In this document: one piece after another, positions 56,428-64,000 of the stretch | How positions within the stretch are numbered: position 1 is the first letter of the stretch | Layout of the letters: each line of letters starts with the position of its first letter | DNA from: Clostridia bacterium | GTDB taxonomy: Bacteria > Bacillota > Clostridia > Oscillospirales > CAG-272 | Direction of reading: 5' to 3' | Assembly: GCA_017621655.1 (NCBI GenBank) | Contig: JAGASS010000051.1 | Span: forward strand, 77,418 to 141,417 | DNA length: 64,000 nucleotides | The notes under the pieces: generated by a model | Databases searched by the model: none | Told to the model about the DNA's origin: nothing | The model's input: only the letters and a program-made list of their open reading frames with translations | Program-made: the position numbers and the translations under genes

Positions 56428-58071
56428 ATGAACAGAACCCCTAACGAAAAAGACAAAAACGGTAGTAGGCCGTCATATAATCCGTCGGGCAATTCTGTTC
56501 GACGTCAAACACAGGGATCAACTGCACGACCAAATCCGCAGCCCAATAGACCCGAGCCGAGCAATCAGCAGAGACCTGTTAGCCGTCCCTTAAACACCGA
56601 AAGAAAAACTGTAAACGGCAATAATAACGCTGACAGACGAACGGTTAACGGCGCTCAGAATGCCGTTAGAAAGGCAGTTGATAGTGATCCTCGCGCAAAA
56701 CAAGGCGCATCACGCAACGATCAGCGTGCCGCTCAGCGTCCTCAGCAGGGTCAACAAAGCCGTCCTCAAGGCGATGGCAAGCAGGTTGCGCCCCGCAAGG
56801 ACAGACAAACGACACCTCAAAAGAATGCAAGCAAAAAGCCGAGTATGTTCAAGCGCATGACTACGGCACTAACAACGCGTTCGCAAAATAAGCCGGCGCC
56901 CCGTACGCAGAAAAACGACTTTATAAAGCCGACCGACGTTGTGAGAATCAAGGGTAGCTACGATAAGCTGTTTTTGATCCTAGTCATAATTCTCACGCTT
57001 TTCGGAATCATTATGGACTTCTCGGCAAGCTATGCCTACGCATACAGCAAATACAGCGACAGCTTCTATTTCGTAAAGCAGCAGATCATATTTGCCTGTA
57101 TCGGAATCGGACTCATGGTATTTGCAATGAGAGTTGATTACCGTTGGCTGCGAAAATTCACAGTCCCCTATTTTATCGCAATGACGGTACTGCTTATAGC
57201 GGTACTTGTGCGAGGAATTGCAAGCGGTGTTGCGCAAAGATGGATAACGATAGGTATTACCTTTCAGCCGTCAGAGTTTATGAAGCCGGGTCTTGTGTGT
57301 ATGCTTGCACTATACGTCGCACGAAATCAGGACAGAATTACGAACTACCGAAATTTCAAGCAGTCTACCTTTTACGGAATGGTGATCCCGTTCCTTATCG
57401 TTGCAATCCCCTGCGGTCTTATCTTCCTTGAAAAGCACTTTTCGGGTACTATTATCACCTTCGCGATCGGCGCGGTGATCATATTCGCGGCTGGCGCGCA
57501 GATAAGGTGGTTCGTAGGTGCGGTCGGCGCGGTCCTCGGCGGACTGCTTGTGGCGATAATGTTCGTTCCTTATGCTAAGGAACGAGTGAGCATGCTACTT
57601 AATCCCGAAAGCTACGACCCGACGGGTAAGATATGGCAGACACTTCAGGGCCTATATGCAATAGGATCGGGAGGTCTGTTTGGAGTTGGTCTCGGTAACA
57701 GCCGACAGAAGCATATGTACGTTTCTCAGCCGCAAAACGACTTCGTCTTCTCGATAATTGCAGAGGAGCTTGGCTTTGCGGGAGCAGCGCTCGTTATAAT
57801 ACTGTTTATGCTTCTCATCTGGCGCGGCTTCGTCATAGCTCTTAAAGCGCCCGATACATTCTCTTCTCTTGTCGTTATCGGTCTAATTAGTAAGGTCGCA
57901 ATACAGACTCTTCTTAATATTGCAGTCGTTACTAACCTGATCCCGAACACAGGTATTTCTCTACCGTTCTTCAGCTACGGAGGCACGGCGCTGGTCGTAC
58001 AGCTTGCTGAGATGGGAGTAATACTTTCAATATCTAAATACTCATATCAGAAAAAGGATGCTTTTGATTAA
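56428..58071 (+). CDS. ftsW: FtsW/RodA/SpoVE-family (SEDS) peptidoglycan polymerase with about 175-aa low-complexity N-terminal extension
   Basis: The SEDS core has QPSEFMKP, LQGLYAIGSGGLFG and PFFSYGGT. It is preceded by a P/Q/R/N-rich tail. Confidence 0.88.
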   Translation: MNRTPNEKDKNGSRPSYNPSGNSVRRQTQGSTARPNPQPNRPEPSNQQRPVSRPLNTERKTVNGNNNADRRTVNGAQNAVRKAVDSDPRAKQGASRNDQRAAQRPQQGQQSRPQGDGKQVAPRKDRQTTPQKNASKKPSMFKRMTTALTTRSQNKPAPRTQKNDFIKPTDVVRIKGSYDKLFLILVIILTLFGIIMDFSASYAYAYSKYSDSFYFVKQQIIFACIGIGLMVFAMRVDYRWLRKFTVPYFIAMTVLLIAVLVRGIASGVAQRWITIGITFQPSEFMKPGLVCMLALYVARNQDRITNYRNFKQSTFYGMVIPFLIVAIPCGLIFLEKHFSGTIITFAIGAVIIFAAGAQIRWFVGAVGAVLGGLLVAIMFVPYAKERVSMLLNPESYDPTGKIWQTLQGLYAIGSGGLFGVGLGNSRQKHMYVSQPQNDFVFSIIAEELGFAGAALVIILFMLLIWRGFVIALKAPDTFSSLVVIGLISKVAIQTLLNIAVVTNLIPNTGISLPFFSYGGTALVVQLAEMGVILSISKYSYQKKDAFD

Positions 58072-58073
58072 AA

Positions 58074-59195
58074 ATGAAGGTTCTGCTTACAGGCGGAGGC
58101 ACGGGCGGACATATCAATCCCGCGATCGCCATCGCTAAAACGATACTTAAACATCAACCCGACGCCGAGATCGCCTTCGTCGGAACAAGTCGCGGAATGG
58201 AAAACCGCCTTGTACCGAAGGAGGGCTTCAAGCTATATCATATTGAGATGCAGGGACTGAAGAGAAAGCTTTCGCTGTCAAACCTTAAAACTCTGTATCT
58301 TACTGCAACATCTGTCGGAAAAGCGAAAAAGCTTATAAAGGAATTCAAGCCCGATATTTGTATCGGTACGGGCGGTTACGTCTCGTGGCCGCTTATCAAG
58401 GCGGCGGCAAAGATGAAGATCCCGACCGCAATGCACGAGTCAAATGCGCTTGCGGGCGTTGCGGTAAAAATGCTCGCGCCTCACATCGACGTTCTCTTCA
58501 CGAATTTCGAGACGACAGCTGAACAGATAAAGAAGTGCAAAAAGATAATGCACGTCGGAAATCCGCTGAAATCGGGCTTTTCCGATATAACTAGGGAGGA
58601 AGCAAGACGTAAGCTCGGCTTTGAAAACCGCTACCGCTATTCCCTTCTCACCTGCGGCGGAAGCAACGGCGCAGGCAGGATAAATACCGAGGCAATAAAG
58701 CTGATGGCGGAATTTTCTTCTAAGCACCCCGAGGTGCATCATCTGCATCAGGCAGGCGTTATCAACTATGAAAAGACGAAGGCGGAATTTGAGCGCCTCG
58801 GTCTTAATAAGTACGAAAACCTCGTTCTTGTTGATTACATATATGATATGCCCGACCGTCTCGCCGCGGCTGATCTCGTTATCAACCGCGCGGGTGCAAT
58901 GACAATATCCGAGCTTGCACATCTGAAAAAGCCGTCAATACTTATTCCCTCACCAAACGTAACCGATAACCATCAGTATAAAAACGCAAAGGTGCTTTAC
59001 GATGCCGACGCGATCTGTCTGATAGAAGAAAGCAAGATCACAGAGGGACTTCTCTCTAAAACCGTAGAGGAGCTTCTCTTTGACCGCGAAAAGCGTCAGA
59101 AGATGGGCGAAAATTTCGGCAAATTTGCAATAAGCAACGCAAACGAGCTGATATATGATGAAATTTTGGCACTTGTAAATTCCAAGAAGAAGTGA
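58074..59195 (+). CDS. murG: undecaprenyldiphospho-muramoylpentapeptide beta-N-acetylglucosaminyltransferase
   Basis: TGGGTGGHINPA N-terminus and AGAMTISEL near the C-terminus. Confidence 0.93.
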   Translation: MKVLLTGGGTGGHINPAIAIAKTILKHQPDAEIAFVGTSRGMENRLVPKEGFKLYHIEMQGLKRKLSLSNLKTLYLTATSVGKAKKLIKEFKPDICIGTGGYVSWPLIKAAAKMKIPTAMHESNALAGVAVKMLAPHIDVLFTNFETTAEQIKKCKKIMHVGNPLKSGFSDITREEARRKLGFENRYRYSLLTCGGSNGAGRINTEAIKLMAEFSSKHPEVHHLHQAGVINYEKTKAEFERLGLNKYENLVLVDYIYDMPDRLAAADLVINRAGAMTISELAHLKKPSILIPSPNVTDNHQYKNAKVLYDADAICLIEESKITEGLLSKTVEELLFDREKRQKMGENFGKFAISNANELIYDEILALVNSKKK

Positions 59196-59239
59196 TATAA
59201 TTGCTTTTACCCTCATTTTTCGGAAAGGAGTCGTGAAAA

Positions 59240-60100
59240 TTGAATAGTAACGATAGCGAATACTTATTCAACGAAGAATTAAGTAACGCCGAGCTTGTAA
59301 ATAACGACTCTTTTTTGAAGCTTCGTACAAAGAACAAGCGAAAAGAGGTCGGCAGAAAGATATTCTACGTCGTGATCGGTGCAGCACTTACCGCGCTTAT
59401 CGCAGTTGTTTGCATCGTCGTTTTCTTTGGTCTTAAAAAGGTTGAGATCAGAGGAAACAGCCGCTATACCGAAAAGCAGATTCTTGACGCGTGTGGCTTT
59501 TCCCCGTCGGACAACCTGTTCGGCGTTGACCTGAAAAAAGCCGAAAGGAACATAATAAAAAAATATCCTTATATAAGTAAGGTAACCTTCAAGCGCGTGC
59601 TTCCCTCTACCCTCATAGTAAGCGTGACAGAGGACGCGCCAAGCTATTGTGCCGAAATCTACGGAGATTATTTCTTGCTTTCAGAGGACCTGAGAATTAT
59701 ATCAAAGCACGATATTTACGAGGATATAGAGGTCCTCGATATGCCGGTCATCTACCTTAAGCTACCTCAGGTAGAACGAGCTGTTCAGGGCGAAAGGATC
59801 GTATTTGATAAAAATTCAAATTACGATCATCTGATCGAGTTTCTTTCCGAGCTGCGCGAGCAGGAGATATATAACAGGACCGACTGTATCGACGCCAGAG
59901 ACAGATACCACATTGCCCTGTATACCGACGGCGGTAAATATAAGATCGTCGTAGGAACGCTTGACAACCTTGATACTAAACTGAAATTTGTAAAGAATGT
60001 TATAGCGACTTACGATCCGTACGCGATAGTATCAATTAACGTCGAGAAGGTAAATCAAATTGTTGCAAGAGTAATGGAAGAACAGTTTGAGTACAGATAA
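59240..60100 (+). CDS. ftsQ: cell division protein FtsQ/DivIB (POTRA domain)
   Basis: One TM is followed by the POTRA-like segment VEIRGNSRYTEKQILDACGF...KYPYISKVTFKRVLPSTLIVSVTE. TTG start 9 nt after AAAGGAG. Confidence 0.8.
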   Translation: MNSNDSEYLFNEELSNAELVNNDSFLKLRTKNKRKEVGRKIFYVVIGAALTALIAVVCIVVFFGLKKVEIRGNSRYTEKQILDACGFSPSDNLFGVDLKKAERNIIKKYPYISKVTFKRVLPSTLIVSVTEDAPSYCAEIYGDYFLLSEDLRIISKHDIYEDIEVLDMPVIYLKLPQVERAVQGERIVFDKNSNYDHLIEFLSELREQEIYNRTDCIDARDRYHIALYTDGGKYKIVVGTLDNLDTKLKFVKNVIATYDPYAIVSINVEKVNQIVARVMEEQFEYR

Positions 60101-60153
60101 ACGTCTTGGGGCAAACAAAATTATGAACAAAAAGTAAACTTTGTGAAAACCCC

Positions 60154-60182
60154 TTGCATCAAAGTCTAAAAAGAAGTATCAT
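60154..60182 (+). promoter_or_regulatory. candidate promoter upstream of ftsZ
   Basis: TTGCAT, a 17-nt spacer, TATCAT. Confidence 0.4.
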
Positions 60183-60267
60183 ATTGTTGTGTGACCTATT
60201 TTTTCCGAAATAATGTCGCAAAGTGCAAAATAATAGAATTATAAATGTTTTTTGGAGGATACATATC

Positions 60268-61398
60268 ATGGAATTTGAAAACTACGCAGAAAATGAAAAT
60301 TTAGTAAATATAAAGGTAGTCGGCGTCGGCGGCGGCGGAAACAACGCAGTTAACCGCATGATCTCGAGCAACGTTCGCGGCGTTGAGTTCATCGCTGTAA
60401 ATACCGACGTACAGGCACTCAAGCGTTCTACCGCAACCAAGAAGATCGCTCTTGGCAACAAGATCACCCAGGGTCATGGCGCAGGCGCTAACCCCGACAT
60501 CGGTGCAAGAGCCGCTGAAGAGAGCCAGGAAGAAATTACTAACGCTATCAAGGGCGCTGACATGGTATTTATCACCTCCGGTATGGGCGGCGGAACCGGA
60601 ACCGGTGCTGCTCCCGTAGTTGCTAAGATCGCTCGCGATATGGGCATTCTTACCGTTGGTATCGTAACCAAGCCCTTCGCATTTGAAGGAAGAAAGAGAA
60701 TGGAAGCCGCAGAGGGCGGTATCGAGCGTCTCCGCGACTGCGTTGACTCCCTCATCATCATCCCCAATGAGCGCCTTAAGCAGATCTCCGAAACCAGAAT
60801 CACTCTCGCAAACGCTTTCTCCGAGGCAGATAACATCCTCCGCCACGGTGTACAGAGCATTTCCGAGCTTATCAACATTGACGGATTCATCAACCTCGAC
60901 TTCGCTGACGTTACTACCGTTATGAAGGACGGCGGCCCTGCTCACATGGGTATCGGTACCGCTAGCGGTAAGGATAAGGCAACCGAAGCTCCTCGCCTTG
61001 CGATCTCCTCTCCCCTTCTCGAGACCACTATCGCAGGTGCAAAGGGTATCCTCATCAGCATCACTGCTTCCCCCGACATCGGACTCGAAGAGATCGAGAC
61101 TGCATCGCAGCTCATCTCCGACGAGGCACATCCCGACGCAGAGATCATCTGGGGTGTTGCGTTCGACGACAGTCTCGAGGACACCATGACGATCACCGTT
61201 GTTGCTACCGGCTTCGATGCTCCCAAGAAGGAGACCAAGACCACTGCTAAGGCAGCATTCGCTAACAAACCTGAAAAGGCAGAAAAACCCGAAGCAACCG
61301 ACGAAGAGAACACCGAAGCAGCTGATCCTTCCGTTCCCGATGACGATTTCCTCGCACTTTGGGACATCGTTCAGAAGAAGAGAAACGCAGGAAACTGA
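60268..61398 (+). CDS. ftsZ: cell division GTPase FtsZ
   Basis: [15 protein letters not shown] and the [11 protein letters not shown] tubulin signature. The start is MEFENY with GGAGG upstream. Confidence 0.96.
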   Translation: MEFENYAENENLVNIKVVGVGGGGNNAVNRMISSNVRGVEFIAVNTDVQALKRSTATKKIALGNKITQGHGAGANPDIGARAAEESQEEITNAIKGADMVFITSGMGGGTGTGAAPVVAKIARDMGILTVGIVTKPFAFEGRKRMEAAEGGIERLRDCVDSLIIIPNERLKQISETRITLANAFSEADNILRHGVQSISELINIDGFINLDFADVTTVMKDGGPAHMGIGTASGKDKATEAPRLAISSPLLETTIAGAKGILISITASPDIGLEEIETASQLISDEAHPDAEIIWGVAFDDSLEDTMTITVVATGFDAPKKETKTTAKAAFANKPEKAEKPEATDEENTEAADPSVPDDDFLALWDIVQKKRNAGN

Positions 61399-61408
61399 TT
61401 TATGAATT

Positions 61409-61447
61409 AAACGCGGCTCGTTGAGCCGCGTTTTTCTTTATTTTTTT
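61409..61447 (+). terminator. intrinsic terminator after ftsZ
   Basis: ACGCGGCTC-GTT-GAGCCGCGT followed by TTTTCTTTATTTTTTT. Confidence 0.85.
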
Positions 61448-61457
61448 GATTTTTCTC

Positions 61458-61486
61458 TTGACATTGAGGGAATACTGTGGTATAAT
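61458..61486 (+). promoter_or_regulatory. sigma-A type promoter of tRNA-Lys
   Basis: TTGACA, a 17-nt spacer, TGGTATAAT (consensus -35 and extended -10). Confidence 0.75.
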
Positions 61487-61504
61487 ATCATTCGTGCCGA
61501 AAAC

Positions 61505-61580
61505 GCCCCTGTAGCTCAGTTGGTAGAGCACTTGACTTTTAATCAAGTTGTCCGGAGTTCGACTCTCCGCAGGAGCACCA
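61505..61580 (+). tRNA. tRNA-Lys (anticodon UUU), CCA encoded
   Basis: GCCCCTG TA GCTC AGTTGGTA GAGC A CTTGA CTTTTAA TCAAG TTGTC CGGAG TTCGACT CTCCG CAGGAGC A CCA. It forms a cloverleaf with one C3:A70 mismatch in the acceptor stem. Confidence 0.88.
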
Positions 61581-61617
61581 AAAATCGACAAGGTCCTTTA
61601 GAACCTTGTCGATTTTT
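61581..61617 (+). terminator. intrinsic terminator after tRNA-Lys
   Basis: ATCGACAAGGT, an 8-nt loop, ACCTTGTCGAT, followed by TTTT. Confidence 0.8.
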
Positions 61618-61669
61618 ACTTCTTACCTCTTACTTCTTCACTCTTCACTAAAAGTACCTTGTCGATTTT
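61603..61669 (+). repeat. 14-nt direct repeat ACCTTGTCGATTTT (61603-61616 and 61656-61669)
   Basis: Exact duplicate of the terminator 3' arm, 53 nt downstream. A 12-bp inverted repeat TACTTCTTCACT / AGTGAAGAAGTA (61631-61642 and 61692-61703) is interleaved with it. Confidence 0.7.
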
Positions 61670-61736
61670 GAGGTAATAAGTAAAATGTAATAGTGAAGAA
61701 GTAGGGTCATCTGCTTAGCGATGGCTTTTTTCAATT

Positions 61737-62468
61737 TTATATCCCAAATCCACCATCAACCGAGAGCACCTGTCCCGTCACAAATGAAGCGCTGTCAGAC
61801 GCTAAGAAGAATATCGTCTCAGCAACCTCGTCAGGGGTGCCAATACGGCATAGAGGAGTTGATTCGGACAATTCGTTCATAGTATCATCGCTGAGTGTTG
61901 CGTTCATTTCAGTCGCAATTACGCCCGGTGCTACGCAGTTTACTCTGATGCCTGACGGCCCAAGCTCTTTAGCAAGCGACTTTGTAAGTCCGATAACAGC
62001 CGCCTTTGAAGCTGAATAAACGCTCTCGCACGACGAGCCGCTGATGCCCCACATTGATGAAACATTGACAATGCTGCCTTTATGTTCCTTCAGCATATAT
62101 TTTACCGCTTCTCTTGTGCAGTAAAACGTTCCGTTATAGTTGATACCGTTAACGCGGTCAAATTCATCGTCGGTAATATCGGTAAGAAGCCCAAACGAAC
62201 AAACGCCTGCGTTATTTACAAGCACGTCAATGCTTCCGAATTGCGTATAAACGTCATTAAAAAGCTTTGTGACTTCGCTTGACCTTGACACGTCAAGCTT
62301 GTAGGTAATTGCTAAGAGTCCTTCCCTTTTAAGCTCGTCGCAAAGAGCGTCTGCCGCCTCTACCGAGTTATTATAACAAATAACGGTATTATATCCGCGC
62401 GTGGCGAAAAGCTTTGCCGTCGCACGTCCTATTCCTCGTGACGCGCCCGTAATTATCGCAGTCCCCAT
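61737..62468 (-). CDS. short-chain dehydrogenase/reductase (FabG-like)
   Basis: ITGASRGIG cofactor motif, NNAG, and the YSASK catalytic motif. The start is MGTAII with AAAGGAGAA upstream. Confidence 0.85.
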   Translation of the reverse strand: MGTAIITGASRGIGRATAKLFATRGYNTVICYNNSVEAADALCDELKREGLLAITYKLDVSRSSEVTKLFNDVYTQFGSIDVLVNNAGVCSFGLLTDITDDEFDRVNGINYNGTFYCTREAVKYMLKEHKGSIVNVSSMWGISGSSCESVYSASKAAVIGLTKSLAKELGPSGIRVNCVAPGVIATEMNATLSDDTMNELSESTPLCRIGTPDEVAETIFFLASDSASFVTGQVLSVDGGFGI

Positions 62469-62611
62469 AGTTTCTCCTTTAAGGTGCAAAGTGTTCATAA
62501 GATATTATAGCACTTAAGAGTTCAATTTTCAATAAAATTTCTTCAAATAATCACATTACTGTCACATTCGACGTTTATAATCAAAGCATAAAGATAAAAA
62601 AGGAGGATATC

Positions 62612-64000
62612 ATGAACAATCCTTACGATCAGAATTCTCGAAACAACGAGCCGATAACCGAGCAAAATGCGGTTAATGCCGAGCCGATCCATCAGCCCGA
62701 GCCGCCGAAAGCAGAGCCGACTCAGACACAGACGCAGTCAACAAATCAGGGCTACACACCTCCGACTCAGCCGTATGCTCAGAACGGATATAATCAGCAG
62801 TACACGCAAAACTACGGCGAATACAGACAGAATCCGCAGTACGCGCAGAACAACCAGAACACCTATCAGCGTCCGCAGTACAGTGGATATTACGGAAACG
62901 CCGGATATTACGGTCAGCAAGCGACTCAGACTCCCTATTCTCAGCCAAACAGACCTCAGATACAGATCCAGAAGCCCGAAAAGAAGCGCGCTTCCAAGGG
63001 ATTTGTAATAGGAATGGTCGGTATCGGACTTGCTATATCCTTCCTTTTCAACGTATTCAGCTGTTCTATTATGCACATGCCCTCCGACGGCATGAGTATC
63101 TTCTCGCCCGGTGAAGTCATTATTCAGTACGCACCCAAGAACGAAAACACAACGCCGATAACCGATAAGGGCGTCTCAGCTTACGTCGCATCGGTTGCCG
63201 CAAATACGGTAGTTGAGGTAACTACGGAAACCGTTGAGACAGACACATATTACGGTCAATATATCACAGAAGGCGCAGGAAGCGGCGTTATCGTGTCCTC
63301 GACCGAAGACGGAAGCTACATTCTCACCTGCGCGCACGTCATTGACGGTGCGGCAAAGATAACCGTCAAGCTCAAGGACGGAACGGTATATGAGGCGGAT
63401 TCTTACGTCTGCGACGCGGAAAGTGACGTTGGCGTTATCAAGCTGAACGTCAAGGGTCTTCCCATCGCTACAGTCGGCAACTTCGACGAGGTCGTCATCG
63501 GTGAAACCGTAGTTGCGATCGGTAACCCTCTCGGAACTCTCGGCGGCTCCGTAACTAACGGAATCGTAAGCGCTCTTGACCGCGATATTATCATTGACGG
63601 AACGACCTATCACCTTCTCCAGACAAACGCAGAGATCAACCCCGGTAACTCGGGCGGCGGACTCTTCAACGCAAAGGGCGAGCTTATCGGCATCGTCAAC
63701 GCTAAATCCGTCGGCGAAAACGTTGAGGGTCTCGGATTTGCAATTCCCGTATCCGATGCAGTCGCAATAATGACCGATCTGATTGAAAAGGGCTACGTTT
63801 CGGGAAGAGTCAAGCTCGGATTTGAGCTGTTTGAGATTCAGACGGAAGAAGACATAAGATACTGGTTCAAGTATTACAGATACTTCTCAGATTACGGTGT
63901 ATATATTGCTTCCGCTGAAAGCTCAAGCTTCCAGGAGGGCGACCTTCTTGTTGCTATCGACGGCAATAAGATCACTACCCTTGCCGACGTAAAAGCACTC
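62612..64000 (+). CDS. htrA: HtrA/DegP-family serine protease with Q/N/Y-rich N-terminal tail, 3' end beyond window
   Basis: Not in the ORF track (no stop in window). My translation from ATG 62612 (AGGAGG 5 nt upstream) gives about 125 low-complexity residues, a TM (FVIGMVGIGLAISFLF), the trypsin-like triad context TCAHVI / DVGVIKL / GNSGGG, and the start of a PDZ domain (GDLLVAIDGNKI). Confidence 0.88.
   Translation, partial: MNNPYDQNSRNNEPITEQNAVNAEPIHQPEPPKAEPTQTQTQSTNQGYTPPTQPYAQNGYNQQYTQNYGEYRQNPQYAQNNQNTYQRPQYSGYYGNAGYYGQQATQTPYSQPNRPQIQIQKPEKKRASKGFVIGMVGIGLAISFLFNVFSCSIMHMPSDGMSIFSPGEVIIQYAPKNENTTPITDKGVSAYVASVAANTVVEVTTETVETDTYYGQYITEGAGSGVIVSSTEDGSYILTCAHVIDGAAKITVKLKDGTVYEADSYVCDAESDVGVIKLNVKGLPIATVGNFDEVVIGETVVAIGNPLGTLGGSVTNGIVSALDRDIIIDGTTYHLLQTNAEINPGNSGGGLFNAKGELIGIVNAKSVGENVEGLGFAIPVSDAVAIMTDLIEKGYVSGRVKLGFELFEIQTEEDIRYWFKYYRYFSDYGVYIASAESSSFQEGDLLVAIDGNKITTLADVKAL

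Noticed and set aside
61505-61580. tRNA-Lys as a pseudogene because of the C3:A70 acceptor-stem mismatch.
   Set aside because: All other stems, the conserved D and T loop nucleotides, the encoded CCA, the consensus promoter and the terminator are intact. A single mismatch does not justify a pseudogene call.
1-64000. Search for CRISPR arrays, IS elements, integrases, prophage or toxin-antitoxin modules.
   Set aside because: I saw no regularly spaced direct repeats, no transposase, recombinase or phage-like translations in the ORF track, and no small paired ORFs of TA type. The window appears to be core chromosome.

Overview
This 64-kb chromosomal segment has Firmicutes/Clostridia-type signals: GGAGG Shine-Dalgarno sites, TTGACA-17-TGnTATAAT promoters, and hairpin plus T-run terminators. 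It looks like core genome. I found no transposase, integrase, phage gene, CRISPR array or rRNA. Contents in order: (1) A tightly packed minus-strand operon, purE-purF-purM-[FNT-family channel]-purN-purO-purH(AICARFT only)-purD-purL-fhs, headed by a strong promoter and a leader I read as a ZTP (pfl-motif) riboswitch. (2) A zinc-ribbon miniprotein, mnmE and a Cys/Asp-rich membrane miniprotein. (3) A plus-strand block: P/Q-rich membrane protein, galE, SGNH hydrolase, an unknown protein, a fused MacB/FtsX-type ABC transporter and a HAD hydrolase. (4) A CNNM/CorC-type protein, a Ddl-family ligase plus racemase pair with VanG/VanT-like traits, an S1-domain protein, a PPi-type phosphofructokinase and tRNA-Glu(CUC). 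(5) DUF4321-maf-lepA, an HPr-like miniprotein, then rlmN-stp-prkC-glnN(GS type III)-nadE. (6) An AT-rich orphan XRE-TPR regulator, ttcA, an amidase, and mgtE behind a structured leader. (7) A GH36-like hydrolase and a 606-codon in-frame AraC-regulator::lipoate-protein-ligase fusion. (8) A dcw cluster, mraZ-rsmH-ftsL-PBP-murE-murF-mraY-ftsW-murG-ftsQ-ftsZ, with MraZ operator repeats but no murD, murC or ftsA. (9) tRNA-Lys(UUU), an SDR and a 3'-truncated htrA. The most unusual items are the AraC::LplA fusion (a possible BirA-like ligase/regulator), the ZTP-controlled purine operon that carries a formate-channel homologue and fhs, a PurF lacking the N-terminal Cys, a NadE whose glutaminase domain appears to lack its catalytic Cys, and the mgtE leader with an SD-sequestering helix, a 26-codon uORF and a terminator. 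All calls rest on reading the sequence and ORF translations by eye. No database search was run.
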